Source of the DNA: Yuukianura sp. NJ FZ-2021
Taxonomy: Eukaryota
Length of the DNA stretch: 64,000 nt
NCBI GenBank assembly: GCA_046563655.1
Contig: CM102286.1
Coordinates: 2,914,001-2,978,000 of the forward strand
Reading direction: 5' to 3'
Made by a program: the position numbers and the translations under genes. Every line of letters begins with the position of its first letter. Positions within the stretch are counted from its first letter, which is position 1. Positions 1-13,300 of the stretch are shown piece by piece. Under the pieces are notes generated by a model. The model made no database searches, was not told the origin of the DNA, and saw only the letters and a list, made by a program, of their open reading frames with translations.

Positions 1-3000
1 GTTAACCACGATCCAAACTTTTAGCTTCGTCTTAAAAATATCTTCTTCCAGTCTATTGTCCAGCCTCGGAGGAATTTTCCGGAGAGAAGCGCGGTTTTAA
101 GCCAGAGAAAGTCGGCGGGAACTCTAATTTGTTTGGATGGTTTAACGAGGCGAACTGATTAATAAAGTTAGGCGAGTTTTCGATATCTTCCCACCAAAAC
201 CAACGAAAGTTAGGCTAGTCTCGATTTCATGTTCATAGTGAAAGTAGGAGTGGAGCGATCTGAGAAGTGGCGGTTGAAATCAAAACCAAGAGAACGCTTC
301 TGTATCTAATTTCAGCGTTCCAGCTAGTGCTAAATACTTCCTTGTTCTGAGCTGAATTTTGTCTCGTCAGATAGTTTTGTGGCGAAGTGATCAAAATTTA
401 GATTCAAATTAAACGAGAGGCATTGGAGGAGGGTGTGGAATTAGGCGATGATGCCATTGGAGGTTTTAGTGGGAATTTGTTCTGGATTTTAGTTTTCGCG
501 GGCTTTTTGGTTTGGTTTTACTCGAGTTGAAATGAATTTTCCATTAGGGAAAACATTGTGGGAAGAAGGAAAGCTGGCTGGGGGAAGCAAGTGACTCTAA
601 TCCCAACCTGAACCTAAATTCCCAATTTCAAAATCCTTATTAAGCAGTGTTTCTAAAGTAGAAATTGAAACTAGAATTACAAATTGAATCAAAGTTAGGG
701 ATTTGAAATTATAAAATTAGAACCCTTTGCTTTACTAATTGCCAAAACGGAAAAAAAGCTTCTCCAAAGATGAAATTTTTAAAACAGAAGCACTTTTGCT
801 AAAATTTTTCTATTTTCTAGAATTTTAGAACAAACGAACAACAATTAGTTTAACAGAAGTAATTAAGTTTTGACAGAAAACAGATAGAGAAAATTTGGAG
901 AAAGTAGAGCATGACTCAAAATTTTTTCAACACTTTTTGAAAAATGATAATAACGTTTTTAGATACTTTTTTTTGAAAAAGTAGCGGTAAAAGTTTGGAA
1001 TGAAAAGAATGAGCCACTTTCTTCTGCATCCGAAGCGTTATTTTTTCTCCTTTCGCCTTTCACCACTTTTCTACTTTTCTTTGAGCAAAAGTCTTGTTTA
1101 CTTTGTCTCAAATCCATGTCTGACTGGATTCTGAAGCGTGACACGATGAAAGTGACTAGGAAATGTATTTACAGTGACTAGGAAAAGCTTAGAAAGTGGA
1201 ACTATTTTTTCTGCTAGCTGAATATCTTTCGGTATAAAAAGCCAGCAAAGGAAGCAACAGCGGAAGTACGGGACTTTGTAAAGAATTTCCTTATTTCTTC
1301 CTCTTTCCGCCCCAGCTCTTCTCCAGTCACGCTTTCTGTATAAGTCTTCCTTCCAAGAAAAAACTGAAAAACCCGCCAAGTTTAAATCTGAATGTTGTTG
1401 ATATTATCACTGCTTTCACCACCACTGAAGTCAAAAGAGGCCAATCCAAAATTCCTTTCAAGCACCATCATCTCCTTCTACTATGCTTTTTCATGGAATC
1501 CAAAATAGGAAAGTTAGTATTTTCAATTTGAGGTTCTCGAAAGCCAAAACCCTTCATTTCCATCTCAAAATCCGAGAAAATGAAATGTTTGAATTCTTGA
1601 ATTTTCCCGCCAAAACCAAATTCCCTATGGTAGAACAAGCTTCAAATTTTGAGTCTTTGAAAAGGAAGCAACACAGCAAGTAGAATATTATTAGATTGAA
1701 CGCAAAAGGGCAAAGGAATTTGACAGACAGGTAAAACGAAAAGAGATTTTTTGTTTGTTGTATTTTGTCAATTCTGAAAATCATTTCCGCATCAAAATTC
1801 AACTTAAGACTTTCGATTTGCCGAGCCTTACGGATGTTTGAGTTCGAAATTTAACATTCCAAACAAGACTAGCTTGGAGCCAAAATTCAAAATTTTGAGT
1901 TCAACGCTGCCTTTGGGAATTGAATTTGAGAAACATTTCATTCACCTTTTGCCTTTTCCTACTTTCTTACTACTTCCTTTATTAGTCTTTCTCAAATTCA
2001 ATTTCCTCTTTTCACAGTTTAACTAAATTTAAATTTTGATTAAACTCAAACGCTAGTCGTTCAACGAAATTTTTAGTACCGGTTTTCTAGAATTTCAAAA
2101 AATTGTAAATTTTTTAACGCGGAAAATGCACTGCGCTGCGGGATTGTAAAAACTCCAAATTTTCAAACAAAAATCCCGAGTTTTTCAAATTTTGTAACAA
2201 TTCATAAAATTGTGAAAGTTTTTTGGTGCTTCGCGCATCCTGTATCTGAGTATGACGCAAATATTTTTTGTCCAAAAGTGAAAATGTGCAGGGGGGAGCC
2301 TTTTCATTCTATTTGAAGTCGTTGTTCCTAATATTCAATCATAAAATTTCTCCATTGAATTTTATGTTCCTACCATGTAGTATGTAAATTTCAATCATAT
2401 TCTTTCCTTTCTCTTTACTTTCTCCATGTCTCATGTCTTTCACAAAAAAAAAGTCGTGTGCGTGTAACCCAGCCTAAACCTACGGATAAGTTCTTAGCAA
2501 AAAAAAAGTTATTGTGGAACCTTGGAAGAAAGTAGTTTGTTGAAGACTAAGGAAAAAGAAGGAGGCCACATTTGCATTGACTAGATCACCCTTTGGCTTC
2601 ACCTTCCTTCAGTAATGCCCAACTGTAGGAGCATTGTCATCTAACACCTTGCCCTGTGGTAAAGACAAAATGGAAAAGAGAATGAGTTGAACCATAGCGG
2701 CATTTCCATAAGTAACATAAAACATTTCTCCTGCTTTCCCCAAAATTTTCCCACTTTCCTTAGCTTTTCCCCAAAATTTCCTCAGTTTTTCTCAGTTTCC
2801 CCCCAAAATTACTGTGTTTCCTGCTGCAGACTTTCTCCAACATAAAAATACGGCGCGCTGTTGATTCCGCTTCATCCTTTGGTTTTGTGCTTTCTCCGAG
2901 TAAATAACACGCTTCACTCCACCTTGTTTTTTCACTAACTTTCTCTTTTGAAATTTCCAATTTGTTTCTTCAACCTAACGTAAATTTTAAACTCAAAAAT

Positions 3001-4360
3001 GAAACTATCGTGGACCTGGTTACAAACTGACCAAAAGTTGGCCAGGTTTTTGGCTCTGAGCTTATTGACAGAAATGTTGGGCCCAATATGGACTATTAGA
3101 TAGGAAAAACTAGGAATGTGCGGGCGTGACACCTCTAGTGCGTTACAAGTTCTGCGAAAATGTTACCTAGCATCTTCCAGAAGATTGGGTTTTTGTGTCC
3201 TGGCGGGAAAACCGAGAGAATAAAGCAATTTGAAATACATAAGGGTCAGGGACTAGGTTAGGGTAGGCCTAAAACCTAACCATTGGAATGGGATTGGAAC
3301 TCTAAAGTCAATTCCTAACCCTGCCGAGGGAGTCACACAATGGAACGGGAGAAAGTGGAAGTGGAGCGTTTGGAAGGCGAAGAGTCATCAGTATTCTGTA
3401 GTACACTTTCCATTTGAAACTTATTTAAAATCAAGGGGCTTCGTTTCGCGGGCTTTTCTTCTTCCTTTCGCGTTTGTGTGAAGAAGAAAGTGCGTCTCTA
3501 AAGCTGACAAATTATTTGTTTCGTCTCATTGACTTCAAAAAGTCAAAGAAGAAAGTCCCCTCCATTTCTTTCCGCCTTTGAAAATGGTTCTCCAATTAGA
3601 CTCCGCTGCTTCTCGGTAAAATTAGGGTTTGAAAATGGGCGGGAGAGCACACGCGAAATGAAAATTTTAAATTGACTTTTTGGCCCGCCAAAAACAGTCG
3701 ACAGTATTTCACACACTGTGCTGTGTGTCAACCCTCGTCTTGTTTCATTAACGAAATTCAATAAGTGGAAAATCACTTAAAACAGTCACACTTAAAAATT
3801 TGGAAAGTGTAGTTAGCGGGAAAATTGAATTTTTGAAAATACGCGTGGTGGTTTCTTGAACAAAGGGGTTCCATGTTTCTTTTTTAAATTAAAAATGTCT
3901 TTTGGGTAGAATACAAAATGGTCTCACGTTTTCACTAATTTCAAACGTTTAGAATGTTCCTCTTTGAGGATAATGGAACTTCAATTTCATTTGAAATTTT
4001 TATTTTTTGAGAAAGAAAGACTCGAAAGAGTGGGAGACTCTCCTTATGGCTTTTCCCTTGGAAATTAAATAAGAAATATGAACATCTTTTTTGAACATGG
4101 TTTCTACTTAAAAAGAAAAGGAAAGTTTGCATTTCCAAAAAGTAAGTTCAAAAAGAACCGCGGCGGCAGCAGGGGAGTGCTGAAGCAGCTTTCTCCACTT
4201 TCTCTTGATGAGAATTTTATATTCCCATAAATTAGGCCCATCTTAAAGAAAAATTGAGCAGAAAGAGAAGCTAATGATTCCCCTTTTTCTTTTTTGAATT
4301 TTCAGGTTTCTAGAACAAACTTTTGTTCAAACAGGAGCGGGATTGTTTAAATTTCGCAAA

Positions 4361-7300
4361 ATGTGGAACACGGGAAGACTCCGTTGCGGTCAAGTCCTCA
4401 ACTTTTGCTCAAATTCCAACATTCTTTGGACTGTTGTGTTCATTTTCCTGATGACACTTGACTCTGCTCTGCCCAAATTTGCTTCAACGGAGGAACTCAA
4501 GCGGAGACGAAGTGACTTTGGAGAAGGGACTGAAGGGCCCATTCCCTCTGACACTTTCATTCAATGCTACTTCAACCCACTTTGTTTCTGCAAGTATGAT
4601 CAAAAAACACAAGTACTGGACTCTATTTCAAAGTTGTGGCAGTTAGTAGGGTTCAATGGATCAGAGTTCACGAGAGTGGTGGGTCAAGCACTGGACTTGA
4701 TGACCTCTGACCCCAACACACTCTATTTTCTCACAAGATCAGAACTGACAGCGTTTGCTCACTTGGTGGCAAATTCAAGCTCCACGGCGGCAACTTCTTC
4801 GCGCCAAATGCTGTTTGAACCTGGTCCGGTTTTTGACATCGAGTGCAGTGATGTCCCAATGGCACTTGTTCCCACAGGTAAATTTTTGTAATTTCCAAAA
4901 TTTTAACATTTCCAAATTCATTTTTGAATTTAATTTTTTTGCCCTCGAAAACATACAATTAGGTTTAACCATGAAAAGTAAAAATGAAGGAAAATGGCGA
5001 AATTTCTCTGACAAAAGTTTTGTGAGTGAAAATTTTCCAAAAATTTAGTTTTCGTCTTTTTGGTTTTTGTGCTCGTTCACTATGTCTGCAGCGGCTTTTT
5101 CTGCGATGACAATAACAGCCGTGTTTGTATTTGCATTGGTGACTTTGGGCATAATTGAAGCGTCCACAACTCGAAGTCCTTTAAAACCATGGACACTAAC
5201 ACAAAATAAAAAGTTTGACCTTTGACCTATATTAAGTTTGAAAACTTTACAAAACAGGGAAAACATACCGTAGTTTTGAGTCAACGACAGAATTTGAATC
5301 TTCCGCTCCAAAACCCATTCTGCAAGTTCCCGATGCGTGGTACCACAAGATCCCTTTCTTTTTAATGTAACATTTCAAGTACCCATCACTTGGAAATTTG
5401 TTGTCTTTTGCACATTCTGGATCCTTTACATGTTCTGTTCCGAGCTCCTTGAACGCCTTGGTTTTAAAAAATTTCAGTGCCGTTTTCATTCCTGTCGAAA
5501 TTTGAATCAAAAAAATTGTCTACGTTTTGTATAAATTTTACGTAACTACTTCGTTTTTTGTGCTATTTTAATTTCACCATATTTCAGCACGCCATAATCC
5601 TCTTTGTTTTCTAAAAACTTGTAGTCAATTACAGCCAATTCAGCATTATCAATTGAATGTTGATTGAGAGCTGTAGTGTTCAGCGTTACGGTACCAAGCG
5701 AAACATTGCTTGTAGTACGACCGACCAGAACTGCTATTATGAACTGGTCTGGCGGTAACTCGTAGATACCTTTTGTATCAAAAGTTGTACCAATGAAAAA
5801 GTACTGTACATCAGGCCAATCCGATTCTCCGCGACTTTTGGCTTGCGGTGAAACAAGAAATCCTTGCGTTCCTACCCCATTTTCAGAAAGAACAATTTCA
5901 GGTCTGTGATTCAGGTAGTCTTCGAAGATTTCTTCTGTCAAGTTATTATTCACACTTGACATCTTGCTTGGATCGTTGATTTTGAACGGACCAAATGAAA
6001 TGCCTTGATGATTTTGTAAATTTTTCCCAACGGGAAGCTCTTTGCGCAGTTCAATTTTGGCTTTGTCCAGAACATCTTTTGGTCCAATACCAGATTTTTG
6101 GAGAACAAGAGGCGAAGAGTAAGTACCAGCAGAAATTATGACTTCTTTCTGGGCGTAAGCTTGGAGTTTGACGCCATGACGGACGTACTCTACGCCAATG
6201 GCTTGGTTTCCGTTGAACAAAATCCTATGTACAAGAGCGTATCGGATAACAGTCAACTTTTTTCTTTTAAGATGGGGTTGAACGTATGCGGTGTAAGTGG
6301 ATACACGCCGACCACATTCGTGCATTATATCTGATGGAGTGAATCCTGAAAAAGTTTTGAATTAAAACGATTTCTAAAAAAGTTCGAGTACCGCGGTACT
6401 ACGGTACCGCAGGATACCTTCGCGTTGTGGTCCATTTGGATCAAACACGTCGTAACCAAGTTCAGCCGCAGCTTTCTCCCAAACTGGATACATTGGTCGA
6501 GACGATGTGACAATTGTCATTGGTCCATCCGTTCCATGTTGATCTTTTAAAAAAAGATTGCTTTTGAGATTCTTAAAGTTTAAAAAAGATAAAAAGAGTT
6601 TTAAAGTTCATGTTTAAAACAAGATGCAAGAACCTGATTTTGGCCACATCCCGTGGTATGACTCGGCTTTTCGAAAATATTTCAGCAAAGAGGCATACGT
6701 CCAACTGCTGTCCTTTGAAACTTCTGCCCATAGGTCATAATCTTTTCTAAAAAATGCAAAGAACGCATTTCAATTTGATATTTTTAAGAATTTGCTAAGC
6801 GTTGCTTACGGATGACCCCTGTTGTAAATGATTGCATTGTGAGATCCACTCCCACCAAGCATTTTACCCATTACATCATCCAGTTTCTGTAATATTACTA
6901 TATTGAATATCATGGCAAAATATATGAATCAACATTAGAACAAAATTTCCAAATTACACGATTGTTGACATTCTTCTGTGGTACGGTAGTGTAGAAGTAG
7001 TTAATGTCTGGTGAGCTTCCGATGTATTCATAAAAGGCGGGTACTTGACCTAAAAGCGGTGGTTCACCACCAGCTTCAAGAAGAAGTACTTTGAAATGCT
7101 CCGATAAACGTCCAGCCATGACACATCCTCCCGTGCCACCCCCAACTAAAGCACAGGTCAAAATTTTTATCATTTTAGGAGAATTTCTAAAATTTGGAAA
7201 AATTTAAACAACAAAATTACATCAAATATTTACCAATTATAAAATCATATGTGGGCTTCGACGGGTGTTTTTCCTCGGCATGAAACTGTTTTTCGTCAAT

Positions 7301-10300
7301 TCGTCGCAGCTCATCAGTTGCCTGGCGTATGACATACGGAAGAGCCGTAAGAATTATTGCAGCAAACGAAGCGACGCCCATCCTTAACTTCTGTGCTTAC
7401 TTAAGCATTTAGTGTCAATAAAAAGTCAAACTTGGTTCAAATGGCCTCGAAGCGGCAAATTTATATCGAAGTTTTTTTTTCTGAATACAGCACCAGTTTT
7501 GTAAAGACAATACCTTTTTAGTTGAGAATTGAATAATAAAAGGGAAACCTTGAAATTAACTTTTCTGAATGCAATTTAGATGGTTCCATTTTACGTCATT
7601 TTCTAAGGACACCGCCATAACGTCGCTACGTTTTGAACTTGACATGTTGAGCGGTTTATTTACATTTGCAGAATAATTGCATTAGGTTAGTTTTTTATAT
7701 TCACGCAGTATATCCATACAGGCTTTTTCTAAGATAACAACTACATCGGCGTTTAATTAAATTGGCATTTGTAATTTGCGGCATGATTGAAGCTTCAATT
7801 CGAAGCTTCAATTCGAGTTGTGGATGCTAGCATCCACAACTCGAATTCCCGTAAATCCATGGACACTAAATAGAAAACAAAAAACTCTTGGTTGACATCC
7901 AGTGATATAAAGATTTGTAAATATTGAGCAATTAGGATATTTATACCGTGTACACCGGAGTTTAGAATCAACAACAAATTTGAATCCTGCTCATGCTATA
8001 GTTTCAGTTTCAGTTCGGGAGACAATAATATGCCAAGTTGAAGTCTAGCATTGTCTAATTCGTTAAATTAGAGCTCAAATCTGCCTACCAAACTACCATT
8101 GCATATTGCATATCGCCTAATTTCTGAAAACGGTTAGTTGGGTTGAGAAGGGGCATTGTATTTTGTATGTAAATCAACATTGAACCAAACTATTTAGCGC
8201 CTGCTTCTTTATTGCATCACTTCCAATTAGTAGTTTGATTGTGGTTATTTTTTGAATTTAAATTTGATACTCATGCAATATATCTGCTGCTGCCTTCTCT
8301 GCGATGCCAATTACTGGTGCATTTGTATTTGCGTTTGTTACGCGCGGCATAATCGAAGCATCCACAACACGAAGTCCCGTAAATCCATGAACCCTAAATT
8401 CAATCCAAAAGTTTGACTTTTGACCTCTACTGAAAAAGTTGGCAAATTTTAAATAATGAAGGCTACCGTAGTTTAGAGTCAACAACAGAATTTGAATCTT
8501 GCGGTCCGTAGCTCATTCTGCAAGTTCCCGCAGCGTGAAACCACACACTTGCTTTCTTCTGAATATAGCAGCGCCAGTAGTCATCGCTCGGGAATTTGTG
8601 GCTGTTGGCACATTCTGTATCCTTCACAAATCTTGTTCCAATAGCTTTGAATGCATCACTTTTGAAAATTTTTAGCGCCGTTTTTATTCCTGCCAAAAAC
8701 CAAAAATAGAATCATTTCGTATGAGTTTTGTGTAAAAAACAAAGAATTCCATTCGAGTAATATTTTTTGTGAATTCCAAGTCTTACCAAATTTGAGCACT
8801 TCGTAATCTTCTGGGCTTTCTAGGAACTTATAGTCAATTGTAGCCAATTCCGCGTTGTCAATAGATTGTTTACGAAAAGCTGAAGTGTTCAGCGATACGG
8901 TACCAAGCGATACTTCATTAAATTCTGGACGACCAATGAGAACTGCCGAATAAAGGTAATTTGGTGGTGTAGCTGCGATTCCGCCACTACCAAAATTTGT
9001 GCCTATAATAAAAAATTGTACGTCGGGCCAACTTGATTCTCCACGACTTTTAGCTTGCGGTGAGACAAGGAACGCTTGTGTTCCTAAACCAGTTTCAGAT
9101 AGAACCATTTCATGTTGCAGGTTTAAGTAGGCTTCAAAGTTGGCCTCGGTTAAGTTATTGAAAACATTGGATAGTTTGCTTCTGTCGTTGACTTTGAACG
9201 GACCAAGTGAAAGTCCTTGGTGATTTTGTAAATTTTTTCCAACGGGAAGGTCTTTGCGCAGTTCAATTTTGGCCTCTTCCAGCACATTCTTAGGTCCAAT
9301 ACCAGATTTTTGGAGAACCAGGGGAGAGGCATACGTTCCAGCAGAAATTATGACTTCCTTTTTAGCGTAAGCTTGCAGTTTGACACCATGTCGGACGTAT
9401 TCTACACCAATGGCTTGAGTTCCGTTGAATAAAATTTTGTGTACAAAGGCGTATCGCACAACGGTCAATTTTTTTCTATTAAGGTACGGTTGAATGTAAC
9501 TGTTGTAAGTGGTCACGCGTCGACCGTCTTGCCGCATGAAGTCTGATGGAGTGAATCCTGAAATAAAAATTTTGAATACAATTTTTTTTTAAATTTCGAC
9601 ACAATATGGTTACCTTCACTTTGTGGTCCGTTTGGATCGGAAGTTTCGTAACCCAGTTCTGACGCGGCTTTTTTCCAAGTCGGATAAATTGGGCGCGAAG
9701 CTGTGACAAGTACCATTGGTCCATGTGTTCCGTGTTGATCTTTTCACAAAACATATTTTTTCGGTTAGATTTTTGTTTAAAATTAACTAAAAAGAAAACG
9801 AGTTTTTGTTAAAACCGAAGTAAAAATTTACCCGATTTAGGCCAAATCCCTTGGTATGATTCCGCTTTTCGAAAATATTTGAGTAAAGACTCGTATGTCC
9901 AACTTGAATCTTTTGAAATTTCTGCCCAACTGTCATAGTCTTTTCTAAAAAAGGTTAAAAAATTTAACTCAGAAGGTGATTTTGAAATTTGGAAATGTTG
10001 CAAACTTACGGATGACCTCTGTTATAAACCAGAGCATTGTGAGACCCGCTTCCTCCAAGCATTTTGCCCATGGTATCTTCAAGTTTCTACAACAGTATCA
10101 CAATAATGTGTCAAAACTAACGCATTCACATGAACGTAATACTACCAAAACTCGAAGTAGGGTTATGAATTTTCAATTTTACACGATTGTTGACGTTTTT
10201 TTGCGGAATAGACGTGTAAAAGTAGTTGATGTCTGGTGAGCTACCGACGTATTCGTAGAAGGCTGGAACAGAAGCTAAAAGCGGCGGTTCACCACCAGCT

Positions 10301-13300
10301 TCGAGAAGAAGTACACTGAAATGTTCTGACAGTCGCCCGGCAACTACGCATCCAGCCGTTCCAGCGCCAACTAAAATTTTGAAATTGCACAGAATGTAAT
10401 TTAGAAAAACGTTAAAAACATGTTAACAATATATACAAAATATTTTAGTTACACACCGACAATGAAATCATAGGAATTTTTGGAGCTGTGCTTCCTTCCG
10501 GCAAAAAATTGTTTTTCGTCAATTCTTCTTAGCTCATCTGTTTCTAGGCGCAAAAGGTATGGAAGAGCTGTAAGAATCGCATTAGCAAAAAATGCGACAC
10601 CCATCCTTAAGGGTCTGGACTTAGCAACTCTTTAGCAAATTTACAGGAGTTAACTCACAAATTTAATGCGTGTTAATCTATAGACACAAATTTGTTGTTG
10701 TAGTCTAGTGTCTTTGAAGCTACTTGGAATTAAAAATCGATTGTAATTTGAAGTACTGTTTTACTGCTCCATTTGCCGAGTCGTAAACTTTCTTAAATTG
10801 TTTGAGACCAAACATTAAGCTAAGCTTACTGAAGCACATCATAACAATGTTCCAATTTTTAATAACAATGAAACCTATACTTTCTCCCTTTAAAATTTAT
10901 TTAAATTTCAAAAATGAGTTCCAAAGTTTGGAATATGGAAACCCAGACTCTAAGTTTTTGAAAAATATTTGGCGCCGTTTTCCTCATTAACACAACTATA
11001 CTAACTATAGATATTTTCGTAATATTTAACTTAAATTTTCATGTTCGCGTAGAATGTCGTTTGCCGCCTTCTCGGCGATGACCACCACTGCTGCATTTAT
11101 GTTTACATTTGCAATTCTCGGCATGATTGAAGCATCTATAACTCGAAGTCCACTAAATCCGTGCACACTAAAGACAAGCCAAAAACTTTTAGTTTGACCT
11201 TATGTAACAAAGGTTTACAAAATTTTGAGTAAAGATTGTGTTTATACCGGAGTTTTGAGTCAACGACAGAATTTGAATCTTGCGGTCCGTAGCTCATTCG
11301 GCAAGTTCCCGCTGGGTGAAACCACACAGTCGCTTGGTTCTGTATGTAACAGCGCCAGTAATCCTCGCTTGAAAATTTGTAGTTTTGGGCACATTCTGGG
11401 TCCTTTACATATCTTGCTCCTATAGCTTTGAATGCCTCTGTTTTGAAAATTTTTCTCGCCGTTTTTATTCCTAATAAATTAAAAGGCAGTGAGCAAAGTT
11501 TTTTGTTTGTCCGATAATTCCAAAATTTTACCAAATTTTAGCACTGAGTAGTCTTCTCGGCTTTCTAAAAACTTGTAGTCAATTAGAGCTAATTCTGCAT
11601 TATCAATGGACTGTTGCTGAAAAGCAGAAATGTTTAGCGATACTGTACCAAGCGATACTTCGTTGAATTCTGGACGACCAACGCGTACTGCTGCATAGAG
11701 GTAATTCGATGGTGTAGCTGAGTTAACGTCACCAACAAAAGCTGCTCCTACTACTGGAAAAATAAGTATGTCAGGCCAACTCGATTCTCCACGACTTTTG
11801 GCTTGCGGTGAAACAAGAAATGATTGTAGTCCTGAAGTAGCTTCAGAAAGAACGCCTTCATGTTGTAGATTTAAGTACGCTTCGAAGTTAGCTTCCGTTA
11901 AATTATTGTTAACAGTGGATAGTACGCTAGGGTTCTTGACCTTGAACGGACCAAGTAAAACTCCTTGGTGATTTTGTAAATTTTTTCCAACGGGAAGGTC
12001 TTTGCGCAGTTTAATTTTTGCTTTGTCCAGAACATCTTTTGGTCCAATACCAGATTTTTGGAGGATCAAAGGAGATGCATAAGTACCGGCAGAAATTATG
12101 ACTTCTTTTTTGGCGTTAGCTTGCAGTTTGACGCCATGTCGGAGGTATTTTACTCCAACGGCATGATTTCCATTGAACAAAATCTTATGAACGAAAGCGT
12201 ATCGGATAACAGTCAACTTTTTTCTGTTAAGATTGGGTTGAATATATGCTGTGTAAGTGGATATACGCCGTCCATCCTGGCGCATGACATCTGCCGGAGC
12301 GAATCCTAAAATTATAATTATGAAATTAAAATAATTTCTATGAGGTTTGTGGTTCGCGGTACCTTCGGTTTGCGGTCCATTTGGATCAGACAGTTCGTAA
12401 CCGAGCTCGTATGCAGCTTTCTTCCAAACGGGATACGCAGTTCCTGAAGACGTAACCAATGTGATTGGCCCATTTGTTCCATGTTGGTCTTTAAAAAAAA
12501 TCTTTTTTTTTGTAAAGAAACAAAAAGTATGCTAAAACGTAGAATCTCCCGTTCGCCAAGCGAACTAAAATCACAAACTTACTTGACTTCGGCCAAATTC
12601 CTTGGTAAGATTCAGCCTTTCGAAAATATTTCAGTAAAGAGTCATATCTCCAACTTGGATCTTTTGAAATTTTAGCCCAGTTATCAAAACCTTTTCTAAA
12701 AAAAATTGGAAACTTATGCGATGCCTTATTTCAAAATTACAAAGACAACAATAGAAATGCCTTACGGATGACCCCTGTTATATTCAATTGCATTGTGCGA
12801 CCCACTTCCTCCTAGCATTTTACCCATAGTATCCGTAAGTCTCTGCAAGAAGTGACAAAATTTGAATAACTGTCAACTGTGTTATTTGAAGTAAATAATT
12901 TGAAGCTATTACACTTACACGATTGTTGATGTTTTTTTGTGGAAGAGAAGTGTAAAAGTAGTTGATGTCTGGTGAGTTTCCGACGTATTCGTAGAAGGCT
13001 GGGACAGAAGCTGTAGGCGGTGGTTCGCCACCCGCCTCAAGAAGAAGCACATTGAAATGTTCCGACAAACGTCCAGCCACGATACATCCAGCAGTGCCGG
13101 CACCAACTAAGAATTATTTTGAAACTGCTCCAAGTGTGTAACTCAAAAACGTTAAAAAATTTTTTTGACAAAATATGAAAATTGTTGGTAAAACGTACCG
13201 ACTATAAAATCATACGTATTTTTAGAGTTGTGTCTTCTCTCGTTAACAAATTGTTGTTCGTCGATTCGTCGTAGCTCGTCTGTTTCCAGACGCAGAATAT

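Noticed and set aside
1..4300. Short ORFs and possible 5' UTR exons or promoter of the LRR gene
   Set aside because: No recognisable domains; only the acceptor at 4305 is evident and upstream exons cannot be placed
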